A DNA stretch of 64,000 bases from an uncultured Gemmatimonadales bacterium (GCA_963793305.1 CAWBZV010000005.1:1280001-1344000), one strand, 5' to 3'. Numbered from the stretch's first letter, positions 40,842 to 51,963 are shown. Notes: generated from the sequence alone by a model not told the origin. Program-made: numbers and translations.

Positions 40842-41966
40842 GATTGCGCTCCGCGACCTTCGGCCAACACGACTTCGTCGTAGAGCTCCTCGAACATCCG
40901 CGCCGTCACATCGGCGTTCTCCGTCAGGGCGCGCTCGTGCGCCGCGGTCGCGAGTCGCATCCGATAGTCGTCGTTCGCGAGGACCGAGGCCATCGCGCAC
41001 GCCATCGAGTCGGCGTCGCCGATCGGTACGGCGACCGCCGCCTCCGGCGCCCATTCCGCGACATGACCGACGCGCGTGCCAACCGTCGGTAGGCCGGCCA
41101 CCGCTGCCTCCAGCACGGCCGCCGGCCCCGCTTCGTGGCGCGAGCTCATGAGGTGCACATCCGCTTGGGCCGCGAGCGTGTGGAGATCGTTATATCGGAG
41201 CTTGCCGTGAAACGTGACGCAACCGGAGAGCCCCAACTCCTGCGCGGTCTGCTGGAACGTCGCCGCCAAGCGTGTCGTAGCCGGCAATGTCGAGATGGAA
41301 CGGCACGTCCATGCGGGAGAGCAACGACGCCGCGCGGAGCAGCATCCCTTGGTCTTTCACCCGATTGAGGTCGGCAATGTGCAGCAGGCGCGCCGGTTGG
41401 GTCATGTCGCGCGGCCGCGGTGGCGCCGGGGACCAGCGGTCGAGCGCGATGCCGAGTGGGATCCGACGGGCGGCGATGCCCAATGCGGCCGCGGTTTCGG
41501 CCATCGGCGCGCTGGTGACCGTGACGCGTTGCGCACCAGCGACGGCCAGTCGCAGGACGAGACGACCGCGCGCCGTGCGTCGCTGTCCGTACCCGATCTC
41601 GGGGATCGACACCATCTCGGCGCCCGTCATGTGCAGCACGACCGGAACGCGAAAGCGCCAACCGGCGATCGCCGCGGTCGATCCCGTGCCTGATACCCAG
41701 AACGCGTGAAAGACATCGAATGGCCGCCTCCGATGCTCGTCTGCCAGCACGGCGAGTGCGCGCCGTCGCCGGCCTGCGCCGCCGCCGACATCGTGGACGG
41801 TCGCGCCCAGGAGCTCGTATCGGCCGATCGCCGGTGTTGGCGTCAACGCGAGCACCACCACGGCGTGTCGGCGCGACAGGCGCTCGATCAGTGCGAGCAG
41901 CACGGGGATCACCCCGTCCGTTCCGCTCCGATCAACGCCCCCGGGCACGAACAGCGCGATACGCAT
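40838..41966 (-). CDS. GT4 family glycosyltransferase (about 375 aa after removing a +1 base at 41255-41261)
   Basis: MRIALFVPGG, DVFHAFW, NRVKDQ, SRHEAGPAAVLEA...TRVG; frames join at GGD-VQQ. Confidence 0.88.
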
Positions 41967-41995
41967 CAGCGGCGGGGTCTCTTAGCTTTCGCCCG

Positions 41996-43237
41996 ATGGA
42001 CGACCTGTCCGAGAGCGAGATTGTCGCCATCAACCGCCGCGCGCAGACGTTCGAGCGCACGGGCGATCCGGGGGTTCTCTGGCCCGAGGTCGACGAACCG
42101 TCTCGGCTCGCCGCGCTGGCTGAGATCGAGCGTTGCGTCGCCGTCGTTCTCCGTGGCGGGTCGAGTGCGCTCGATGGCGACCCCGCGGCGATAGGGATTG
42201 CCGGTCTCACTTCCGGGACGGGCCCTGGGCTCGGCCTGTGGGCCGCGACTGGCCGTGTGACGACCAGTCCCGAAATCGAGAGAGTGTTGGCGCGCCACCT
42301 CGCTCATGGGCGCGCACGCGCGGAGCGTCTCGATCGCGGCCTCGGCAATGCGTTGGACACGCTCGCGGCTGCGGGCGTATCGTGCACGGTCCTCAAGGGC
42401 ATGCATACCGCGCGCCGCTACTATGCCGAGCCCGGCGCCCGGCCCATGGGCGACATCGATCTGTTCATTCTCCCGCAGTCGCGCCGCGCCGCCGAGCACG
42501 CGCTCGCCAGCAACGGGTGGCGGAGAGGAGAGCGCCAACGCCGGCCGTACAAGTGCAATTGGCATCCGCCCGGCGTCGATGCGCGGATTCGCGGGCTCGA
42601 TCTCGTGCACACGTGGGACCCATGGAGCGTGGAGCTGCACACGTCCCTGGATCGCATTTTCGCCCCCGGTCGCCTGGCGCGACTGCCCTTGAGAGCCGGC
42701 GACGACGAGCCGTGGACGATGGCCGGAAGACCGGTGCGCGTACTCGTTCCGCCGATGCTCATCGCGTACCTCGCGGCGCACGCCTCGGAGGAGTCCCACG
42801 CGACGCGACTGCTGCGCGTGGTGGAGCTCGTGCTCGTGGCCCGAGACGAGACGGCGCGCGGCCGCCTCGCGTGGCGCGACGTGAGCGCGCGTCTGGCGGC
42901 GACCGATAGCGCGGGCTTCGCTTTTCCCGCGCTCGCTTTCGCCGAGCGACTCGTGCCCGGCACGGTCGACCCCACGGCGCTCGCCGAGTGTTCGGCGGCC
43001 GCGGGTCCGCGCGTGCGCGCCCTCGTCGAGGCTGACAGCGCCGCCGACAGCGCGCCGCTGGAGCGCGTGCGCGTGGCCGAGAAGTTCATGTGGTCGCGCG
43101 GCCCCGCCGACACTGCTCGCCGACTCGGCCTCATGCTGTGGCCCAAGGCGAGCGGATCGTTCGGCGATATGGTGCGCACGTACGCCCGGCGCGCCTATCG
43201 GCTCTGCCATGGCCGCTTTACCGGGTCGCGAGAATAA
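41996..43237 (+). CDS. Uncharacterised nucleotidyltransferase family protein
   Basis: VLKG...YY...RPMGDIDL, VELH; divergent from the operon with only 29 bp between starts. Confidence 0.85.
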   Translation: MDDLSESEIVAINRRAQTFERTGDPGVLWPEVDEPSRLAALAEIERCVAVVLRGGSSALDGDPAAIGIAGLTSGTGPGLGLWAATGRVTTSPEIERVLARHLAHGRARAERLDRGLGNALDTLAAAGVSCTVLKGMHTARRYYAEPGARPMGDIDLFILPQSRRAAEHALASNGWRRGERQRRPYKCNWHPPGVDARIRGLDLVHTWDPWSVELHTSLDRIFAPGRLARLPLRAGDDEPWTMAGRPVRVLVPPMLIAYLAAHASEESHATRLLRVVELVLVARDETARGRLAWRDVSARLAATDSAGFAFPALAFAERLVPGTVDPTALAECSAAAGPRVRALVEADSAADSAPLERVRVAEKFMWSRGPADTARRLGLMLWPKASGSFGDMVRTYARRAYRLCHGRFTGSRE

Positions 43238-43498
43238 AAGCGCGGTGTCCGCGGTCTCCGTACCGAGGGCCGTGTGGCCGAGGCGAGCTGAGCGATAAAG
43301 GGGCGCATAGCGGATCTGCGAACGCTAGACGGCCCGGACTCGTCTTGCGACGGAACATGGGCGAACGACGGCTGAGGTGGGGTGAATGACGCGTACCTGC
43401 GCGTCATTGCGTAGCGCACGCTGGCCGAGGAGCGAGGCGCAGCCGAGCGACTGAAAACCGACTTCTACGCGAGCATCGCGAGCGTAGATTTCGCGGCT

Positions 43499-44653
43499 AT
43501 GCCAAGCACGGCGGCGGCCAGAAGCGCACTCCGCTTTGTCGTACTGCTCGGCGTTGTGAGTCTGTTCGCCGACATGACATACGAAGGTGGGCGCAGCATC
43601 ACGGGTCCGTGGCTCGGGGCCCTCGGCGCGAGCGCCGTCGTCGTCGGCGTCGTGGCCGGCGCGGGTGAGCTGATCGGCTACGCCCTGCGCCTCGTGTCAG
43701 GCGTCTTTGCCGATCGCACGCATCGCTATTGGGCGACGACGATCGTCGGGTACGCGATCAATCTCTTCGCCGTTCCGCTGCTCGCCCTCACGGGTACGTG
43801 GCCAGCGGCCGCGGCGCTGATCATTACTGAGCGCGCTGGCCGTGCCATCCGCAAACCGAGCGGCAATGCGATGCTGTCTCACGCCGGCGGCGTGATCGGA
43901 CACGGCTGGGCCTTCGGCTTACGCGAGGCGCTCGACCAGACCGGCGCCGTACTCGGCCCGCTCACCGTCGCATTTATTCTGGCGCGGCAACTAGGCTATC
44001 CCACGGCGTTCGCATCACTCGCCGTGCCCGCGGCGCTGTCGTTCGTGTTTTTGCTGATCGCCAGCCGGCAGTTTCCGCGTCCGCGGGATTTGGACGTGAA
44101 GACGCCACCGGCTATTGTCGCCGAGCCCAGGCGCTTCTGGATCTACACCGTCGCCGGCGGACTCGTCGCCGCGGGCACCGTCGACTTTCCTCTCGTCGCG
44201 TTTCACCTCGCGAAACACCACGTCGTGACGCTCGCGGGCGTTCCGCTGCTGTATGCGTTGGCGATGGGAGCGGCCGCCGTGTCCGCGCCCGCGATTGGCA
44301 TCCTGATGGACCGGCGCGGGATGCCAGTCCTCGTCGGCGCCGTCGTCGTGACCGCTGCCGCGGCCCCACTACTATTTCTCGGGGACACGCGCTGGGTCGT
44401 CGCTGGTGCGGCCGTCTGGGGCTTGAGCACGGCGCTCCAAGACGCGACGATTCGCGCCATGCTCGCGCGGCTGGTCCCGCCAGACCGCCGGGCAAGCGCG
44501 TATGGCATATTCGACAGCGTCTTCGGCGTCGCTTGGTTCGTCGGCAGTGCCGCGATGGGTGGGCTGTATGTTCTGGCGCCGGTCGATCTCGTGATCTGCT
44601 CGGTCGTACTGCAGTTGGCGAGCGTTCCTCTCTTTCTCCTAGCGCAACGATGA
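43499..44653 (+). CDS. MFS transporter
   Basis: VSLFADMTYEG, multiple TMs, RASAYGIF. Confidence 0.9.
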   Translation: MPSTAAARSALRFVVLLGVVSLFADMTYEGGRSITGPWLGALGASAVVVGVVAGAGELIGYALRLVSGVFADRTHRYWATTIVGYAINLFAVPLLALTGTWPAAAALIITERAGRAIRKPSGNAMLSHAGGVIGHGWAFGLREALDQTGAVLGPLTVAFILARQLGYPTAFASLAVPAALSFVFLLIASRQFPRPRDLDVKTPPAIVAEPRRFWIYTVAGGLVAAGTVDFPLVAFHLAKHHVVTLAGVPLLYALAMGAAAVSAPAIGILMDRRGMPVLVGAVVVTAAAAPLLFLGDTRWVVAGAAVWGLSTALQDATIRAMLARLVPPDRRASAYGIFDSVFGVAWFVGSAAMGGLYVLAPVDLVICSVVLQLASVPLFLLAQR

Positions 44654-45834
44654 AAGCAGCGATACAGGCACTCGGCTCCGGCCCTCTCACCGAGGCCGCA
44701 CTCGCGAAGCACATCTTTCCGTTGTTCTCGCGAGCACTCGACACCGATCGGATCTATCTCGAGAACCACTCCCTCGGCCGCCCGCTGGATCAAAGCACTG
44801 ATGACATGCGCGAGGCGTGCGATCTGTGGCAGTCGAGACTCGGCGATGCCTGGGATGCGTGGCTCGCCGAGCGCGAATGCTCCCGCGCCCGGTTCGGCCG
44901 CTTGATCAACTCGCCACGCGCCGACTGCGTGGTGCCCAAGACATCCGCGGGCCAGGGTCTCCGCACGGTCCTGAACGCGATGCCGGGCACGCCCCATGTC
45001 ATCAGTACCCGGGGCGAGTTCGACTCCATCGATGTGATCCTGAGGCAATACGCCGCGATGGGGCGTATTCGCGTCACCTGGGTCGAACCGGATGTCGATG
45101 TCCTGATCGCAGCGCTGGAACCAGGCGTGGACCTCGTCGTCGTCTCGCAAGTTCTTTTCATGACTGCGCGCATCCTACACGGCATCGATCGGCTTGCCGT
45201 GGCATGTCACGCAGCGGGTGCGCGCCTCTTAGTCGACGCCTATCACGCCGTTGGCGTATTCCCCGTTGATGTGACGGAGATGGGCGCGGATTTTCTGATT
45301 AGCGCCTCGTATAAGTATCTCCGTGGTGGCCCGGGGGCGGGATTCTTGTATATCTCGCCCGAAGTACTGGACAGCGGGTTCATGCCGTTAGACACGGGCT
45401 GGTTCGCCAAGGAAGACTTTTTTGCATTCGAGCGCCCGGATCCACCGCGATTCGCCAAGGGCGGCGATGCGTTCCACGAGTCGACACCCCCGATTTTTAC
45501 GTATTATCAGGCGAGAGCTGGGCAACAGTTCGTGCTCGAGATGGGAGTCGCCCGCTTGCGACTGTATAGTCTTGAGCAACTGTCGCGATTCAAGTCGTAT
45601 CTCGCGGATGCTGGTGTCGAAGCCGAGGGCAGCGGCCCCGATTATGGCGCCTTTCTCACGATCCGAGCGGACAATGCGCGCGAGCTGGCCCAACGTCTCG
45701 CCGAGCGCGGGGTCGACGTCGACGCGCGCGGGCACTTGGTACGCGTGTGCCCGGATTGCCTCACGACCGACGAGGAGATGCAGCGCGCGGCGCTCTCTAT
45801 AGGTCTCGTTGCCTCGACCCCCGCTCGCTCGTAA
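44650..45834 (+). CDS. Class V PLP-dependent enzyme (kynureninase-like)
   Basis: YLENHSLG, VDAYHAVG, SYKYLRGGPG; ATGA coupling. Confidence 0.85.
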   Translation: MKAAIQALGSGPLTEAALAKHIFPLFSRALDTDRIYLENHSLGRPLDQSTDDMREACDLWQSRLGDAWDAWLAERECSRARFGRLINSPRADCVVPKTSAGQGLRTVLNAMPGTPHVISTRGEFDSIDVILRQYAAMGRIRVTWVEPDVDVLIAALEPGVDLVVVSQVLFMTARILHGIDRLAVACHAAGARLLVDAYHAVGVFPVDVTEMGADFLISASYKYLRGGPGAGFLYISPEVLDSGFMPLDTGWFAKEDFFAFERPDPPRFAKGGDAFHESTPPIFTYYQARAGQQFVLEMGVARLRLYSLEQLSRFKSYLADAGVEAEGSGPDYGAFLTIRADNARELAQRLAERGVDVDARGHLVRVCPDCLTTDEEMQRAALSIGLVASTPARS

Positions 45835-45845
45835 ACTGATGAGAC

Positions 45846-46241
45846 ATGGGCGTCCCGATTCTGATCGTTGACGATAATCCGCTCAACGTCAAGCTGGTCC
45901 GAGTGTTGCTGGTAACCAGCGGCTACGATGTGCGCACCTGCGCGGACGCCGAGGAAGCGCTCGAAACGTTACAGTCGTTCCGACCGAGCGCGATCCTCAT
46001 GGATATCCAACTGCCAGGAATGGACGGCCTCGAACTCACGCGTCGGCTCAAGTCCGACCCTGAAACGCGCGATATCACAATCATCGCCCTCACTGCGTAT
46101 GCAATGAAGGGTGATGAAGAGAAAGCGCGCGCGGCCGGCTGTGACGGATATCTCACGAAGCCCATTGACACCGCGTCCTTTCCCAGCGTGTTGGCGGGAT
46201 ACCTATGCCGTACACAATCCTCGTCGTTGAAGACAACCTGA
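45846..46241 (+). CDS. Single-domain response regulator (DivK-like)
   Basis: ILIVDDN, MDIQLPGMDG, ALTAYAMKGD, TKPID. Confidence 0.93.
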   Translation: MGVPILIVDDNPLNVKLVRVLLVTSGYDVRTCADAEEALETLQSFRPSAILMDIQLPGMDGLELTRRLKSDPETRDITIIALTAYAMKGDEEKARAAGCDGYLTKPIDTASFPSVLAGYLCRTQSSSLKTT

Positions 46242-49200
46242 TCACGCAGAAAATGATGGTGGTCACGCTGCGCGCCGAAGCGTACCGCGTGATCGGCGCC
46301 GCCGATGGCCGGTCGGCGTTGGCGCAGGTTGCCGCCGAAGAACCCGATCTGATTCTGCAGGATCTCATCCTGCCCGACATGGACGGGATCGAGCTCGCCA
46401 AACGCATCCGCGCGCTCGATGCCGGACGCGATGTGCCGATCATCGCGCTCTCGGGTCTCGCCTCGAAGCTCGAGGAAGCACAAGCCGCCAGCGCGAACTT
46501 CGCGCGGTTGCTCTTCAAACCCGTCGAGACCGCGCGGCTCGTCGCCGAGATTCGCAGCGTGCTCCCGGCGCAGGACACGCGCTCCTCCACGCCACAGACC
46601 GCACGGCGCGTGCTCCTCGTCGATGACGACCCCGTGCAGCTCAAGCTCTATCGCCTCCAGTTGGAGGAGCGCGGATTCGTCGTGCGCACCGCTGGCAACG
46701 CCGCGCAAGCGCTCGGCGCGGCTCGCGACGAGACGCCCGATGCCATCGTGTCCGATCTCATTATGCCCGGCATGGACGGGATGGAGCTCTGTCGCACGAT
46801 CCGGCATGATCCCGAGCTGGCGCACGTGCCGTTCATCCTGACCACGGCCAGCGGCTCGTCGGTCGAAGAGGGTGACGAGCATCTGGCGGCAGGGGCCGGC
46901 GTGAACGCCTTCGTGCCGCGGACCCCGGATCTCGACCACGTGCTGCATGCGCTCACGAATAGCTTCACCCCTGGCGCACGCACACCTGGAGCAACGGCGA
47001 CGCACGATCTGGCCGAGCGGAAGACGCAGATCGCCGCGCGCGTGATGCGGGAGCTCGAGCACCAAGCGTCGCTCAACCAATCGCTCACGCGCGAGCTGGC
47101 GATGAAGACGGCGCAACTCGGCATCATGACCGCGGTGGCCGACGTGCTCGCCAGCAACGCCGATCTCGACTCGATGCTGCACGAGGTGCTCGCCAAAACG
47201 CTCGATGCCGCCGGTGTGTCCATTGGCGCGATCTATCTGAGCAACGGTACGTCCAAGATCCACCTCGCCTGCCAGATCGGATACCCCGCCTCGTCGGCCA
47301 CCGACTTCGACGGTGCGCTCGCCGACGTGCTCTCCAGTGGCAATCCGATGCAGGTCCGGAGCAGTGCGTTCGGCGACCCGGGCTTGTTCACGCTGCTCCC
47401 GCTGACCGTCGGCGGAGAACGACTCGGGGTGTTGGGCCTGGCGTCGGCCCAACGACACTTGGGACGCGACTGGCTCCGCATGGCGGGCAGTGTGGCCTCC
47501 CAGATCGCGCAGTCGATCGCGCTCACGCGCTCCGTGGGTCGGATGCGAGAGTCCGAGCAACGGTTCCGCACCGTCTCGGCCAACGCACCCGTCGGCATCT
47601 TCGAGTGCGATGCCACGGGCCGGCTGCGCTACGCCAACCAGCAATGCCAACCGCTCTTCGGCCGGGCGGCTGCCTGGATTGACGCGGTGTTCCCGGAAGA
47701 TCGCGGAGCGGTCGCGTTGCGCTGGCGGGACGCGATCGATGCCAACCGCGATTTTGCCGTCGAATGTCGGTTCGGCGCGACCGACGGGCCAGTCCGTTGG
47801 GCCGGCGTCCGCGTCGCCGGCGGCTTCGGGACGATCGCCGATGTGACGGACAAGAAGGTGGCCGAGGAAGCGCTCCGCCAGAACCTGGAGTTGCTGCACG
47901 CGGTGACCGAGGGCACGTCCGACCTCATCGTCGCCAAGGACCTGACGGGCCACTATCTCATGGCCAATTCGGCCGCCGCTCAAGTGTTCGGGTACCGTCA
48001 GGGCGCGATCACGGGTCGCACGGATGGCGAGCTCTTTGCCCCGGACATGGCGCAGACCATTCGCGCGTCGGACTATGACGTCGCGTTCACGGGCGAGACG
48101 AAGGTCTACGAGGAGACGTTCGCGTCCCGTCCGTATCTCTCGTCAAAGGGCGTGCTCCGCTCGCCTGACCAAAGCGTCACCGGTACGTTCAGCATCTCGC
48201 GCGACATGACGGAGCACAAGGCGCTCGAAACGCAACTCCGCCAGGCCCAGAAGATGGAAGCGGTCGGCCGGCTCGCCGGCGGCGTCGCGCATGATTTCAA
48301 CAACATGCTGACGGCGATCATGAGCTACGCCGAGCTGCTCGGCGTGGACCTGCCGGAGGACGTCGCCCTGCGCGAGAACCTCGATGAGATCCGGCAGGCC
48401 GCGCGCCGCGCTGCGGGGCTCACACGCCAGTTGCTCGCCTTCAGTCGCCAGCAGATCCTCGAGCCGCGCGTGCTCGACGCCAACGATGTCGTCACCGGCC
48501 TCGAGAAAATGCTGGTCCGCATCATCGGCGAGGACGTTCGAGCTCGTGACGAAGCTCACGCCGGGCATCGGTCACGTGCGGGCCGATCCGGGCCAGGTGG
48601 AGCAGGCGATCCTGAATCTCGTGATCAACGCGCGCGACGCCATGCCAAGCGGCGGGCGCCTGGTCATCGAGACCGGGGACGTGGAGCTCGACGAGAAATA
48701 TCTGAGCGACCACGGCGTCCACGGCCTCGGCCCGTATGTCATGATCGCGATCACGGATTCAGGGCAGGGGATGGACAAGGCGACCCAGGCCCGAATCTTC
48801 GACCCGTTCTTTACGACGAAAGAGCAGGGCAAAGGCACCGGACTGGGTCTTTCCACGGTGTACGGGATCGTGAAACAGAGCGGCGGGTTCGTGTGGGTCT
48901 ACAGCGAGCCGGGCCAGGGTGCGACGTTCAAGATCTACCTCCCGCGGATCGATGACCCCGTGGAGAGACCGGTAGCACCGACGGCTGTGCGCGCGACTGG
49001 CGGCCGCGAGACCGTGCTGGTCGTGGAAGATGAAGAGGCGCTGCGGAAGGTCGCGGAACTGATCCTGATGCGCGACGGATATACTGTGTTGGTGGCATCG
49101 AGCGGCGACGAAGCGCTCTCGCTGGCCAAGGATTTCCCGAAGCCGATCGACCTGATCGCGACGGACGTGGTCATGCCCGGGCTCGCTGGCCGGGACCTCG

Positions 49201-49370
49201 TGCGCCGCCTGATCGCCATACACCCGAACGCGAAGGTCCTGTTCATGTCTGGCTATACCGACGACGCCATGTTGCGGCATGGCATCCCGGAGCCAGGCAC
49301 CGCGTTCCTGCAAAAACCGTTCAGCGGTCTCGCCCTCACGCAGAAGATTCGCGAGATTCTCGACGGCTGA
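46205..49370 (+). CDS. Hybrid histidine kinase: REC-REC-GAF-PAS-PAS-HisKA-HATPase-REC (about 1054 aa after removing a +1 base at 48533-48539)
   Basis: Two N-terminal receivers, AHDFNNML, FDPFFTTK...GTGLGL, C-terminal receiver; frames join at IGED-VELVT. Confidence 0.9.
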
Positions 49371-49436
49371 CCGTCTAGGTCATCTAATCATAAAGTATGA
49401 TAGCGGTAGCTTGCCTTTTGTAGGCATACTACTGCG

Positions 49437-51959
49437 ATGAAAATCCGCGCACTGGTATTCCTCCTCGCGGGGGCAACATCGGCGTCCGCGCAGTCAGTGA
49501 CGCCTGACTCGGCGACCGTCACGCCGGGTCCCGAGTACCAAGCGAATGGCCTGACGCGCTTCCTCGTCGGCAACGGCTATCGCGACCTCTGGACCTTGCC
49601 GATCAAGGTCCCTGTCCTTGACATGGATCATTTCGCCGGCGGCCTCACGCCACTCAAGATTGGCTCCTCCGGCGGCCAGACGTGGTCGCTGCACACGAGG
49701 GGCGCTGACGGCGAAGAGTACGTCCTGCGTTCCGTCGACAAGCACGTCAAGCTCGGCCCCGAAGTGTCGTCGGGCGTCCCGGCGTGGCTGCTGCGCGACC
49801 AGATCAGCGCCGGCTTCGCGACCGGCGCGCTGGTCGTGGCGCCCATCCTCACGGCCGCGCACGTCCCGCATGAGGATCCCCTCCTCGTCGTCCTCCCCGA
49901 CAATCCTCGCCTCGGCGAATATCGCAAGCAGTTCGCCGGACTGCTCGTCTGGGTCGAGCACCGTCCGCGTAGTGATGACACGTCGAAGATCTCGAAGACC
50001 GAGAAGATGATGCAGGAGATCTCGACTAAGGTCACGGAGCGCCTCGATAGCCGCGGGTATCTCACGGCACGTCTCATGGACATGTACGTGGGCGACTGGG
50101 ATCGTGGCCATCTACAATGGTTCTGGGAGCGCACGGGTGAGAAGCACGATCATCTGTGGCGCGCGATTCCGCACGATCGCGACTGGGCGTTCGCGAACCA
50201 CGACGGCCTCCTGTACTACCTCGTGCGGCAGACCACGCCGTGGTTCGTCAAGTACCAGCCCAAGTATCCCAAGCCGATTGGTCTCGAGGCGAACGCCTGG
50301 GGGCAGGATCGTCGCCTGTTGCAAGATCTCGAGGAGCCCGTGTGGGACTCCACGGCGCAGTGGCTCAAGTCGGTGTTGACCGATGCGGTCATCGACAATG
50401 CGGTCAAGCAGCTCCCGCCCCCCGAGCGGGCGCGGTACGGCGCGCAGCTCGTCAAGGCGCTGCGCGCGCGGCGCGATGCGTTGCCGTGGCTGGCGAGCTC
50501 ATTCTTCCGGACGGTCGCCGCGCAGGCGGACGTGCACACCGTCACGGTCCCGTCGGTGATCGACATTCATCGCTCGGGCGATACCGTGGAGATCCGCGCG
50601 CGCTCGCGTGGGGACGATGCGGAGACGTACTACGATCGACGCTTCAACACCGGGACGACGCGCGAAGTGCGCCTCTATGTGGACGGCGGCCCGGACAGCA
50701 TCGCCACGTCGGGGAGCGGCAATGACATGCTGGTACGGGTGATCGCCAATGGCGATGGCGACGTGATCGCCGACCAGTCCAACGGCATCCAAGTGTACGA
50801 TGGCGGGCATCGCGTGCGCGTGCTCGCGGGGGATCCGGAGACGAATCACGCATTGTACGCCGCGCCCCGGTTGCCGGCTGGCACGCCGGAGGCAGACCGT
50901 CAACCCGTCAGCTTCCTGCTGCGCGATGCGGGGTCGTGGTGCATCCCGACCAATCCGGCTTCGTTCAGCTCGACGGCTGGGTTTACGCTCGAGAACGGGA
51001 TGGACTGTCAGGCGTACGGATTCCGGCGGATTCCGTGGGCGATCGACAACGTCATCAACGTGGGCTTCACGTTCGGCCCGGGTGGCATCGTCGGGGACTA
51101 CACGGGATCCATACGCGGCGTCGGCGGGTCGCCCATCTATTCGTTCCATATCGAGGGGACGTCGGCCGAGTATACGTGGTTCTATGGGATCGGCAACGGG
51201 ACCGGGCATCCGCTGACGGACGACAGTTACCGCGCGCGCGAATCGCGCGTGACCGTCGCGCCCTCGGTCGGGATCGAGCCGATCTCGCATCTCACGCTCA
51301 CGATCGCGCCCGAGCTGCGATATCGGGACGCCGAGCAGATCCTTCCCGCGTACTTCGCGACGACGCCGCATCCGTACGGCAGCGGCCAGTTCGGCGTCGT
51401 CGACGGGAAGTTCAGCGCGGTCTATGACACGCGCGGTACGATGTACGCCGACTCCAGCGGGTTCCGCCTCGAGCTCTCCGGTCGCGGTGTTCCCAGCGCC
51501 TGGGATGCGACCTCGGCGTACGGCACGGCGCACGCCGAGATCGCGGGGTTCGCGCTCATTCCGAAAACGCCATTGACGATCGACCTCCGCGCCGGCGGCG
51601 ACAAGCTGTGGGGCCCCCTCGCGCCGTACCAGGATCTGCCGCACATCGGTGGCATTGGTACCGTACGCGGGTTCTTCCCCGGTCGCTTCACGGGCGACGC
51701 GGCACTATACGAGGAGTCCGAGCTCTTCCTGACGCTCGGACACATCACGCTCGTCGCGCCGAGCGAGATCGGCATCCTCGGCTTGAACGACGTCGGCCGG
51801 GTCTTCGCCTCCGGCGGGACCAACGCATCGACGTGGCACGATGGCTACGGCGGCGGCATCTGGGGGGCGTTCCTCGACCGTCGCTACATCATCACGCTCA
51901 CCATAGCCCACAGCGTCGAGCGGACCGTCGTCGACGCTGGCTTCGGACTCGGCTGGTAA
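49437..51959 (+). CDS. Outer-membrane protein with BamA/TamA-like C-terminal barrel and kinase-like N-terminal domain
   Basis: Signal peptide; VRGF...RFTGD, DVGRVF, HDGYGGG, terminal GFGLGW; N-terminal GGQTWSL, YVLRSVDK, GDWDR, IPHDRD. Confidence 0.75.
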   Translation: MKIRALVFLLAGATSASAQSVTPDSATVTPGPEYQANGLTRFLVGNGYRDLWTLPIKVPVLDMDHFAGGLTPLKIGSSGGQTWSLHTRGADGEEYVLRSVDKHVKLGPEVSSGVPAWLLRDQISAGFATGALVVAPILTAAHVPHEDPLLVVLPDNPRLGEYRKQFAGLLVWVEHRPRSDDTSKISKTEKMMQEISTKVTERLDSRGYLTARLMDMYVGDWDRGHLQWFWERTGEKHDHLWRAIPHDRDWAFANHDGLLYYLVRQTTPWFVKYQPKYPKPIGLEANAWGQDRRLLQDLEEPVWDSTAQWLKSVLTDAVIDNAVKQLPPPERARYGAQLVKALRARRDALPWLASSFFRTVAAQADVHTVTVPSVIDIHRSGDTVEIRARSRGDDAETYYDRRFNTGTTREVRLYVDGGPDSIATSGSGNDMLVRVIANGDGDVIADQSNGIQVYDGGHRVRVLAGDPETNHALYAAPRLPAGTPEADRQPVSFLLRDAGSWCIPTNPASFSSTAGFTLENGMDCQAYGFRRIPWAIDNVINVGFTFGPGGIVGDYTGSIRGVGGSPIYSFHIEGTSAEYTWFYGIGNGTGHPLTDDSYRARESRVTVAPSVGIEPISHLTLTIAPELRYRDAEQILPAYFATTPHPYGSGQFGVVDGKFSAVYDTRGTMYADSSGFRLELSGRGVPSAWDATSAYGTAHAEIAGFALIPKTPLTIDLRAGGDKLWGPLAPYQDLPHIGGIGTVRGFFPGRFTGDAALYEESELFLTLGHITLVAPSEIGILGLNDVGRVFASGGTNASTWHDGYGGGIWGAFLDRRYIITLTIAHSVERTVVDAGFGLGW

Positions 51960-51963
51960 TGGC

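Noticed and set aside
39836..43237. Lasso peptide gene cluster
   Set aside because: Only the accessory kinase and nucleotidyltransferase are present; no cyclase, peptidase, RRE or precursor was found in the window.
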